A DNA stretch of 64,000 nt from positions 63,980 to 127,979 of the forward strand of contig JBAZUT010000004.1 in the NCBI GenBank assembly GCA_041661265.1, written 5' to 3'. How positions within the stretch are numbered: position 1 is the first letter of the stretch; every line of letters begins with the position of its first letter. Source of the DNA: Minisyncoccota bacterium. Its GTDB lineage: Bacteria > Patescibacteriota > Minisyncoccia > JAHIHE01 > JAGLIN01. A program made the translations under genes and the position numbers. This document shows, piece by piece, positions 47,640 through 55,348 of the stretch. The notes beneath the pieces are model-generated. The model saw only the letters and a list, made by a program, of their open reading frames with translations, did no database searches and was not told the DNA's origin.

Positions 47640-47735
47640 GCGAAAGTCAAAAGTTAATAGTCCAAAGTCAAAAGTCGTAAGTTTAAAACCAAAAGTCAAA
47701 AGCTTAAAGTCTAAATCAAAATCAAAATTATAGAA
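47640..47735 (+). repeat. (A)AAAGTC / AAAGTT heptamer-type oligomer array between the membrane-protein gene and pilB-2.
   Basis: gcgAAAGTCaAAAGTTaatAGTCcAAAGTCaAAAGTCgtAAGTTtaaaaccAAAAGTCaAAAGCTtAAAGTCtaaatcaaaatcaaaa; same unit as the 5' part of the composite repeat (copies A, B, D). Confidence 0.75.
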
Positions 47736-47738
47736 TCA

Positions 47739-48344
47739 TTATGATACCAGCTTCAGCTTGTCGAGGCCCAGTCTGTCGCCGAAATATAGCGAGAGGGAAA
47801 GGACGGTGATGGCCGCTATGATCATATATGGCGCGATGGGTATGAGCTCTCTTTTTTGAAGTGCGTAATAATTGAAAATTTGCTTTATGACCAGAAGCCC
47901 GAAAACGGCAAAGACATAGATGATAAAATTCGGCCAGCCGGCGATGAGCGCCGTGAGAAAACCCAGATAAACTTCCTTTTCATCCAGGAAGCGTCTGTTC
48001 GAATATTTGCAAAGCAGCATGAGATAGAAAGCCCAGGCGAGAGCTATTGCGACGTCAAGGACATAGGGGAGCCAGAAGCGATATATTGCATAGTTATAGA
48101 AATAGTCGATCGAGCGGAAAGGGGGGAGGATAAATTGGCTCAAGGGATCTTTTTCCCAGACCTGGAATTGGATCGACGTCGAAAAGCACGCGGTCATAAT
48201 AAAAACAGACATCAAAAATAGGATGCCGAATTTAACAAAGCCCGCGCTGACCCTTTTGTTTTTCACATAATCGTATAGCAGCAAAAACATCCATAGGAAG
48301 GATATTGCAAGCTCGGATATTTTTAATGCAGGAAGAATTTGCAC
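47739..48344 (-). CDS. Polytopic membrane protein (about 6 TM) between the major pilin gene and pilB; possible A24-like prepilin peptidase, very tentative.
   Basis: 201 aa; GTG start. Position (pilA, this gene, pilB, pilC) is where pilD often sits and there are Asp residues in predicted membrane segments (YVLDVAIALAW; YFGDRLG), but the canonical A24 motifs are not clearly recognisable. Confidence 0.5.
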   Translation of the reverse strand: MQILPALKISELAISFLWMFLLLYDYVKNKRVSAGFVKFGILFLMSVFIMTACFSTSIQFQVWEKDPLSQFILPPFRSIDYFYNYAIYRFWLPYVLDVAIALAWAFYLMLLCKYSNRRFLDEKEVYLGFLTALIAGWPNFIIYVFAVFGLLVIKQIFNYYALQKRELIPIAPYMIIAAITVLSLSLYFGDRLGLDKLKLVS

Positions 48345-48399
48345 AGTGTTTTGTTTAGAATATTTTTGTGAAGAATTTGTTTTTGTTTTGCTCGGCGAG

Positions 48400-48442
48400 C
48401 CTAAAGCTTAGTTTTAGGATAATCCTAAAACTAAGCTTTAGG
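48400..48442. repeat. Perfect 19-bp inverted repeat with a 5-nt loop (CCTAAAGCTTAGTTTTAGG ataat CCTAAAACTAAGCTTTAGG), copy 2.
   Basis: Identical arms to 9434-9476. Lies between the major pilin gene (about 100 nt downstream of its stop) and the GTG start of 47739..48344 (56 nt upstream). Confidence 0.85.
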
Positions 48443-48500
48443 GCACAAGGCGCTGAAGATTTAATTTGCTTTAAGACCCATCGATCTAGCAGCCATTATG

Positions 48501-48526
48501 GATAGATCGTTTTTTAACGATCTATC
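48501..48526 (-). other. Perfect 9-bp stem-loop (GATAGATCG-ttttttaa-CGATCTATC) 16 nt downstream of the major pilin stop codon; candidate attenuator, terminator or mRNA-stabilising hairpin.
   Basis: Read directly. No clear U-tract on the pilin-sense strand, so the terminator assignment is uncertain. An overlapping second imperfect hairpin (CGATCTA...TAGATCG) lies at 48484-48510. Confidence 0.35.
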
Positions 48527-48541
48527 GAAATGAGTGCTAAC

Positions 48542-49216
48542 TTAGAAATCTGTTCCTCCACCCAAAATTGTCAGACTAGTTCCGGTTTCGTATAAATCCG
48601 GGTTATTGCCGCCGTCCGATACTGCCTTCGCACCGAATTCGGTGCTTTCGAGTTTGGCATCTATCTCATAAGTTAAGCTATCTCCGCAAGCATATCTATA
48701 AACAAGGTCTGAATTGGCCACGCCTGCAGCAGTAACTGTATTGACCGGGTCAACTGGAAAATTCGATATTGGAGAGCCTCCCGCTAGACTGCTTATATTA
48801 ACGGGAATCCATCCATTTCCGGTCGTAAGCCCGATATTTGCTGCGGTTACCTGACCAGCGCCAGCTGTTCCTGTGAAAGTGGTTCCATCCAGTATCATAT
48901 CCGAAATATCGGTGGTATCGCTTGGAACGCTGTAATATATCTTACCACTGGATTCTTCTCCTACCCAGGTTGCTCCCACTTTGCAGGAACCATTGCTTCC
49001 CATGTCCATGGCAGGGGTCGTACTATTTGTAAGATATAGTCCGATGGCTGTTTTAACTGTTGAAAGATCGGTCATCCTTTGAGTGTCCCTGCTTTTCTTC
49101 ATCGTTTCTGCCGGATTTAGCACCAGGATCAGGGCCATAGCCAAGATTGATAGTATTGCAATGACTATCAAAAGTTCCAGAAGCGTAAATCCTTTTAATT
49201 GTTCTTGTTTAGTCAC
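48542..49216 (-). CDS. pilA: Type IV major pilin (PilA-like).
   Basis: EQLKG|FTLLELLIVIAILSILA with Glu+5, conserved pilin alpha1 helix, 224 aa; first gene of operon 2, followed by a strong hairpin. Confidence 0.85.
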   Translation of the reverse strand: MTKQEQLKGFTLLELLIVIAILSILAMALILVLNPAETMKKSRDTQRMTDLSTVKTAIGLYLTNSTTPAMDMGSNGSCKVGATWVGEESSGKIYYSVPSDTTDISDMILDGTTFTGTAGAGQVTAANIGLTTGNGWIPVNISSLAGGSPISNFPVDPVNTVTAAGVANSDLVYRYACGDSLTYEIDAKLESTEFGAKAVSDGGNNPDLYETGTSLTILGGGTDF

Positions 49217-49481
49217 AATTTTTCACCCCCTTTCAAAATTAGTTATTATATGTTAGTTCATTTGATTCATCAATAAAAAGTCCGGCATTGCCAAAATCAC
49301 AAACAACAAACAAAAATCATTTGTGTTTTGGACACTGTAGTTTGTTCATATATTTTCATTTGTGATTTGTTTTTTTGATATTGATTTGAAATTTGCCATT
49401 TGAGCTTTGACGTTAAGGCTTTATTCATCCTATTGTTTCATTCGTCGCAGTAACATTGAGCTTATCGCTATTCTGTCCAAA

Positions 49482-49859
49482 CTATCCGATGTGCTTATTT
49501 ACGAACTCGATTATATTATCCAGAGAATAATCCGCCTTGATGAGATATTCTTTCGCTCCGAGAGAGAGCGCTTTGTCTTTGTCGCTTTGCTGTCCAAGAT
49601 TGGAAAGAATGATGACCGGAATGTTCTTTATTTTTTCATCTTGCGCCATCCTCTTCAGGAATTCAAAACCGTCGATCTTCGGAAGCATCAGGTCCAGAAG
49701 GATCAGCTTGGGCAATTCGCTCTTTGCCTGGTCCAGCCCGGAAACTCCGTCCATAGCCGTGACGACATTGAACCCTTCTTTTGTGAATTTGATGTTGTAG
49801 GCCTTGATCAAAAATTTGTCGTCTTCGACTACCAAGATCTTTTTTCCGTTTTTTGCCAT
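49482..49859 (-). CDS. Single-domain response regulator (CheY-like).
   Basis: 125 aa; VVEDD, ILLDLMLPKIDG, IILSNLG, EYLIK. Tandem paralogue of 49944..50321. Confidence 0.88.
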   Translation of the reverse strand: MAKNGKKILVVEDDKFLIKAYNIKFTKEGFNVVTAMDGVSGLDQAKSELPKLILLDLMLPKIDGFEFLKRMAQDEKIKNIPVIILSNLGQQSDKDKALSLGAKEYLIKADYSLDNIIEFVNKHIG

Positions 49860-49943
49860 GTTTTTTTGCGGTAATGTTTAATTCGTTCTATGCAATCATT
49901 TTTGCCCGGACGACCGTGGTCTTTTTCGGGGAATGGAAGGGGG

Positions 49944-50321
49944 TTATTTGAGGTATTCCTTGATCCTGTCAACAATATCTTCCAGCTTATATTCCGTTTT
50001 GATGAAATATGCCTCTGCACCGAGCGCGAGAGCCCTTTCCTGGTCGCTTTTCTGGCCGAGAACGGAAATGGTCAGAACCGGTATACCCTTGAGCTCATCG
50101 TCCGCTTTGATCTGTTTCAGGAACTCGAATCCATCGACTCTCGGAAGAAGCAGGTCCAGAACGATAAGGTCCGGTTTTTTTTCTTTAGCCATGACCAGCC
50201 CGTCTTCGCCGTTCGCGGAAAGGAGTACATTAAAACCCGCATTCTTTATTTTTATGGAATACGCTTTCGTGAGGTATCTGTCGTCTTCAACTATAAGTAT
50301 AGTCTTTTTTTTCTTTGCCAT
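49944..50321 (-). CDS. Single-domain response regulator (CheY-like).
   Basis: 125 aa; IVEDD, IVLDLLLPRVDG, LTISVLG, AYFIK. Confidence 0.88.
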   Translation of the reverse strand: MAKKKKTILIVEDDRYLTKAYSIKIKNAGFNVLLSANGEDGLVMAKEKKPDLIVLDLLLPRVDGFEFLKQIKADDELKGIPVLTISVLGQKSDQERALALGAEAYFIKTEYKLEDIVDRIKEYLK

Positions 50322-50392
50322 ATGTTTTTGTTGTTACAGGATGATTATAGCACAAAATAAGCGAAATTTGAACAATCTCCGGAGAACTGCGG

Positions 50393-53017
50393 TCAGATCA
50401 GCATTTTTTTGTCATTTTCATCGATCTCGCAGACCATATTTTCGATTGGAATCGTGAAATAGAATGTCGTGCCCTTGTTCTCAACGGATTCGAACCAGAT
50501 CTTCCCGCAGACCATATTTATGATCGATTTCACTATATAGAGGCCCAAGCCAGTTCCATTCGCTTCATATCTGATGGCATTGCTTGCCCGCGCGAACTTT
50601 CTGAAGATCTTCACCTGTTCATCTTCGGGGATGCCTATGCCATTGTCTTTGATCTTAAACAGCACGAAATCTTTGTTATATCTGCTGACCTGAAGCTCGA
50701 TGATCCCTTTTTGCGGAGTATATCTCGATGCGTTGAGCAGGACGCTGCTCAGGACATTCCGGAGGAGGTTCTTGTCGGTGTTTATCTCAAGGTCTTTGTC
50801 GGCGATGCAGTTATATGATATCTTCTGTTTCTTTTCCGTGAAAAAGGGCTTGATCTCTTTCAGAAGTTCGCTTATAGTCTTGCAAAGTTTTATTTTCTCG
50901 ATGTTTATCGCGAGGCGCCGGCTTTCGATCCTGGATACGTTGAGCATTTGGTTCACGAAATTGATCATATTCTTGTTGCTTTCATGTATCTCGCTGACGA
51001 CATCTTTCTGTTCTTTTTTGAGAGCTCCGACATCTCCGTCAAGAAGGATCTCCAGGAACCACTTCATTGCCGAAAGGGGAGTTCTCAGCTGGTGTGAAAC
51101 GATCGAGATGAAATCTGTTCTCATTCTTTCCGCTTCCCTTTTGAACGTCACGTCTTTGAAAATTATGATGCATCCGATAATGACGCCTTTGTAGTTCTTG
51201 ATCGGGGCGGCATTTATGTCGACAAGGACCATTTTTCCTTTTTTATTCAAAATGGCGAGATCGTCCAGCTCCACTTTTTCACCTTTCAAAAGGACCTTGT
51301 CGATAAAATCCTCCTTGGTCTTTTGGGTCTCTTCTTCAATGAACTTGATCTTTTTGCTGAATGTTTCTCCTTCGAATTCATCCACTCCAAGTCCCGTGAT
51401 CTTTTCTGCGACCGGATTGAATGCGATCACTTTTTTCTCTTCGTCGATCGCAAGAACCGCGTCGCCCATGCTGTTGAGAAGCGCTTCGAGCTTGTCTTTC
51501 TCTTCCTGGACGTTGTCGCGCTCTATGTATATGCTTTTTAAAACGCTTTCAAGGTTTTTTCTTGAAAATTCCCGTTCTTCTTCTATCAGTTTCATTTCCG
51601 TTATGTCCTTGAACACAACAATCGCTCCGGTAGAATTTCCGCTTTCGATGGGTGCTATCATGATCTCGACGGGGAAGATCCGTCCTTCTCTTGTTTTGAA
51701 ATAGTATTCATCGTTTAATTTCAGCGAGATGGACCTTCCGGTTTTGAAAACATGCTCGAACGGCCACTTGTCGCTGGGCACCATGTCCATGTTGTGCAAT
51801 ATTTCGAGGGTTTCTTTCAGATTCTTTCCCTGCAGATCTTTTGAAGCGGTTCTGGTTATAAGCGAAGCCGCGGTGTTTGCGAGGAGTATGTTGTATTTCT
51901 CGTCGATCAACAGCAGTCCTTCGCTTATGGAGGAAAGGAGAGTCTTCAGCTGCAGGCTTTCTTTTTTGAGACGGACATTTTTTTCATCTATGCTGTCGAG
52001 CATCTTGTCGAATGTGTCGGAAAGGTATCCCATTTCGTCATTTGATCTTATCCTTGCTCTGACAGACAGATCTCCTCCGAGTATCTTTTTTGAAACATCG
52101 ATCAGGCTCAATATCGGCGCTGTAGTCTTTCTTGAATATATTGCAAGCATTATGCTTCCGAAAAGAAGCAGGAAGAATATGAAGAAGATGGATCCCAGTT
52201 TGAAAACATTATTGCTTTGCCGGACTCTGCTGATCATCGAATCAATATATTCTTTTGTTTTTGCATTCCGTACCCGATTCTCGAGCGACACATTATCTAT
52301 TTTTTCCAGATAATATCCGTAATTGAGGTCAAGATCGATCAATGAATTTTTTTCAATAATGGACCGATCGGCAATTCCCGCATATGTTGCCACAAGCCCC
52401 GAGAACTCATCCGACTCTTCTTTTTTTGAGGCGGCTTCCAGATCTTCGATCAATGCCAGCCACTCGTCCGAATGTTCTTTGTCTTCAAATTGGAAATTAA
52501 ATTCTTTTTCGCTGTAACCCACTTGCGTCAACAGCAGTTCCATATCGGCCGTTAACTTGCTGTATTCTCCGATGCGTCCTTCTCTTGTTTCCTCAAGGTC
52601 GGAAAGGGTGGCGCTGTGTGCCAAGTTCTGTTCGTAACGGGATTTTCTGTTCAAGGAGATCTTCTGTGCAAGGTCGAGATATTGATCTTTGATCTTTTTG
52701 ATGCTTGAAATATAGTCATGCAAATTGGGATCGTTTTGCATAACCTCTATGGCATGGTCAAAATGTGAAGCTGAAAATGTCATTTCGGACCGGAGCGAGT
52801 CGTATTTATCGGGGCTCAACGTCGAATATGAATACGCGACCTTGGAAAAATCTTCCGAGTGAGTTATGATGTCGTCTACCGCTTTTCCGAGGGATGACAT
52901 GTTTTCTATCGAACTCCCCAGTTTTTCAATATAAATGATCGCAAAGCCGGTGCTTATGCAGAGAAAAACCGCATTAGTCAGGAAGAAAAGGAAAAGTTTT
53001 GTTTTGATCTTGAGCAT
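50393..53017 (-). CDS. Large membrane sensor histidine kinase (extracytoplasmic sensor, TM, HAMP, about three PAS domains, HisKA, HATPase_c).
   Basis: 874 aa. N-terminal TM plus a ~250-aa external region, TM IFFIFFLLLFGSIMLAIY, HAMP (ILGGDLSVRARIRSNDEMGYLSDTFDKML), PAS-like blocks, H-box SIVSHQLRTPLSAMKW, N-box NASRYT, G-boxes DNGIGIP and GTGLGLYIV. Confidence 0.9.
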   Translation of the reverse strand: MLKIKTKLFLFFLTNAVFLCISTGFAIIYIEKLGSSIENMSSLGKAVDDIITHSEDFSKVAYSYSTLSPDKYDSLRSEMTFSASHFDHAIEVMQNDPNLHDYISSIKKIKDQYLDLAQKISLNRKSRYEQNLAHSATLSDLEETREGRIGEYSKLTADMELLLTQVGYSEKEFNFQFEDKEHSDEWLALIEDLEAASKKEESDEFSGLVATYAGIADRSIIEKNSLIDLDLNYGYYLEKIDNVSLENRVRNAKTKEYIDSMISRVRQSNNVFKLGSIFFIFFLLLFGSIMLAIYSRKTTAPILSLIDVSKKILGGDLSVRARIRSNDEMGYLSDTFDKMLDSIDEKNVRLKKESLQLKTLLSSISEGLLLIDEKYNILLANTAASLITRTASKDLQGKNLKETLEILHNMDMVPSDKWPFEHVFKTGRSISLKLNDEYYFKTREGRIFPVEIMIAPIESGNSTGAIVVFKDITEMKLIEEEREFSRKNLESVLKSIYIERDNVQEEKDKLEALLNSMGDAVLAIDEEKKVIAFNPVAEKITGLGVDEFEGETFSKKIKFIEEETQKTKEDFIDKVLLKGEKVELDDLAILNKKGKMVLVDINAAPIKNYKGVIIGCIIIFKDVTFKREAERMRTDFISIVSHQLRTPLSAMKWFLEILLDGDVGALKKEQKDVVSEIHESNKNMINFVNQMLNVSRIESRRLAINIEKIKLCKTISELLKEIKPFFTEKKQKISYNCIADKDLEINTDKNLLRNVLSSVLLNASRYTPQKGIIELQVSRYNKDFVLFKIKDNGIGIPEDEQVKIFRKFARASNAIRYEANGTGLGLYIVKSIINMVCGKIWFESVENKGTTFYFTIPIENMVCEIDENDKKMLI

Positions 53018-53022
53018 AATGA

Positions 53023-53898
53023 TTAGAAATTCATGATTTTTTCAACTTCCCTGAAATCGCTATTGCTTGTTTTGATAAACCGGTCGATGTCCATGTTTTC
53101 CAGGACCAGCCTTCCCTCCTCGGAATTGTTCATGGTCAAAAGAAGGTTTTGTATTTTGGCAGCCGTTTGATCGTCTAAATCGACGCTCAGCATAAAAGTG
53201 TTGTTTGGATAAGACCCCCCTTTTTCAATCACATTGATCTTGTCCTGGATGCCGGGATCTTTTTCGATCAAAGCTAGCAGATCCAAGCTTTTCACTGCGC
53301 CGCCGTCGAAATTGCCGGAAATGACCGCATCGACTACGTTTGATGTGGTTTTGAGGAAAGAAGATGCTCTGAAAAAAATATCGGGGTCATGGCCCAATGA
53401 CCTCAGGAGATATGCCGGAAAAAGATATCCGGACGTCATATTTATGTCGACATATGCGAATCTTTTGTTTCTCAGGTCCTCAATGGATTCTATCCCACTG
53501 TCTTTTTTCGCTATGACGTAGGCATCATATGTGGATATTCCGTTCTGTTCACCCCTTGCGACGGGAAAGCCAAGGTTATTCTTTATTATGCGATATCCCA
53601 CGGCGCTTCCGACGAACGCGCTTTTTATCTTGTGATTTTCTATCTGTTCAATAAAAGACCCCGCATCTTTGACTGGTACGACATACCATTGGACGCCGGA
53701 GTATTTATTCAGATAGTCTGCAAAGGCTTGATATTGAGCGATGACTTTATCGTCCGAGGTCAATATTCCCATTGCGACGGTGGAGATCTCCGGTTCGACA
53801 GTCGATATCCTGTTCCGGATGAAAAACACATATAACATTGCGCAAAAAACAAGAAGCAAAGTTATGGCCGACACTATGAAAATGTTTTTTAGTTTCAT
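53023..53898 (-). CDS. Membrane-anchored PhnD/SsuA-like periplasmic-binding-protein-fold protein; candidate co-sensor for the downstream kinase.
   Basis: 291 aa. N-terminal signal anchor, then a type-2 PBP-like fold (…YVVPVKDAGSF…, …AYVDINMTSGYLFPAYLL…, …GNFDGGAV…). 5 nt upstream of and co-oriented with the kinase gene. Confidence 0.65.
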   Translation of the reverse strand: MKLKNIFIVSAITLLLVFCAMLYVFFIRNRISTVEPEISTVAMGILTSDDKVIAQYQAFADYLNKYSGVQWYVVPVKDAGSFIEQIENHKIKSAFVGSAVGYRIIKNNLGFPVARGEQNGISTYDAYVIAKKDSGIESIEDLRNKRFAYVDINMTSGYLFPAYLLRSLGHDPDIFFRASSFLKTTSNVVDAVISGNFDGGAVKSLDLLALIEKDPGIQDKINVIEKGGSYPNNTFMLSVDLDDQTAAKIQNLLLTMNNSEEGRLVLENMDIDRFIKTSNSDFREVEKIMNF

Positions 53899-54138
53899 TA
53901 TTTTTAAATTGATTTGATATTATTATAACATAGAAATGAAAAAAAACGAAATGATACTGATATGCCTTTCGGTCAAAGACATTCTGCCTTGTGCGATATT
54001 GACGATTATGGCATATCCTGGTATCATGACGTGATGTTTACATGCCCCGAAAGCATGTTATATCTGAAATATAACGTATTTTCGGGACAGGTAAATCCGG
54101 GAAAATATTAAGCCCGAATTCTTTGTCCGATTTGAGAG

Positions 54139-55224
54139 GTGATATATATGGAAAGTAAAGAAGAATTGAAAGAGCTATATGCAAGACTGGCGCTCTTTTC
54201 GAATGCATGCGGCACATCGGGAAACGAGACGAGAGTAGGAGAACTTTTGTCTTCAGAACTTCTCAACTTTGCCGGCGATGTAAAAACGGACAGCATGGGG
54301 AATCTCATCGCGACAAAAGCGGGAAACGCTCCAAGGATCATGATCGCCGCCCACATGGACGAGATCGGACTTATGGTGCAGAGCATAGACGCAAGGGGAT
54401 TCATAAGATTCATAAAGACAGGAGGATGGTATGATCCGGTCGTGCTGGCGCAAAGAGTTGTCCTGCACGGTTCGAAGGGAGACGTGATCGGAGTTATCGG
54501 ATCCAAGCCTCCGCATGCCATGCAGGATGATGAAAAGAAAAGAGCTGTGGACGCAAGCAGCATGTTCATCGACATGGGTGCGGGCACAAAAGATGATGTG
54601 CTGAAGTGCGGTATAAACATAGGCACATCCATAACGATCGAACGCGAGCTTTCATATCTTGGCGGCAGCGAGTATTTGGTCACGGGCAAGTGCCTGGATA
54701 ATCGGGTGGGCGTCATCGAGATGATCGAGGTCATGAAAAGGCTCAAAGACACGAATCTGGAAATTTCGGCCGTAGGCACCTGCCAGGAAGAGGTCGGCTG
54801 CAAAGGCGGAGGGGTCAGCGGATTCAGGGTTAACCCCGATCTTGCGATCGTACTTGATACGACTGCAGCAGGCGGAAATCCCGGCATGGGAAGCGCGATC
54901 ACTCCGCTTAAAATAGGCGAAGGTCCTGCGATCGTCATTGCAGACAAAGAAGGCAGGGGATTCATTGCCCCGATGCATATGGTCGAGAGGATAAAAAAGA
55001 TCGCTGAAGAGAACAAAATAAAATATCAGCTCCAGGTGTCATCTTTCGGCACCACGGACGCGTCCGAGATCCAGCTGAGCCAGAGCGGCATTTTGACGGT
55101 TGCCATAAAAAATCCCGCGAGATATATCCATTCTCCGGTGGAAGTTGCGGATCTTAGGGACATGGAAAGCGCAATAAGGCTTGTTGTCGCTCTCATAGGC
55201 GATATCGAGAAAAATGGATTATAA
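54139..55224 (+). CDS. M42-family metallopeptidase (FrvX / glutamyl-aminopeptidase / 'endoglucanase'-like).
   Basis: 361 aa. HMDEIG metal-binding motif, DNRVGV, EEVGCKGG, ...FGTTDAS...; start may be the ATG at 54148. Confidence 0.85.
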   Translation: MIYMESKEELKELYARLALFSNACGTSGNETRVGELLSSELLNFAGDVKTDSMGNLIATKAGNAPRIMIAAHMDEIGLMVQSIDARGFIRFIKTGGWYDPVVLAQRVVLHGSKGDVIGVIGSKPPHAMQDDEKKRAVDASSMFIDMGAGTKDDVLKCGINIGTSITIERELSYLGGSEYLVTGKCLDNRVGVIEMIEVMKRLKDTNLEISAVGTCQEEVGCKGGGVSGFRVNPDLAIVLDTTAAGGNPGMGSAITPLKIGEGPAIVIADKEGRGFIAPMHMVERIKKIAEENKIKYQLQVSSFGTTDASEIQLSQSGILTVAIKNPARYIHSPVEVADLRDMESAIRLVVALIGDIEKNGL

Positions 55225-55230
55225 ACACAC

Positions 55231-55254
55231 AGACTGGAACCCCGGTCTTTTTTT
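55231..55254 (+). terminator. Rho-independent terminator (AGACTGG-aacc-CCGGTCT plus T6).
   Basis: 7-bp stem (one G-U pair), 4-nt loop, tttttt; 7 nt after the peptidase stop codon. Confidence 0.6.
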
Positions 55255-55348
55255 AATGCAAATTATTAACTTTATGGGAAAAATAGTGTAAAATAAATAT
55301 ATGAATTGCGGTTATAAGATGTAAAATAATAATATACTAAATACAAAA

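Noticed and set aside
47739-48344. Confident call of this membrane protein as the PilD prepilin peptidase.
   Set aside because: Genomic position fits, but the A24 catalytic motifs (the two Asp-containing boxes) are not clearly recognisable and the protein is short. It is kept only as a tentative annotation.
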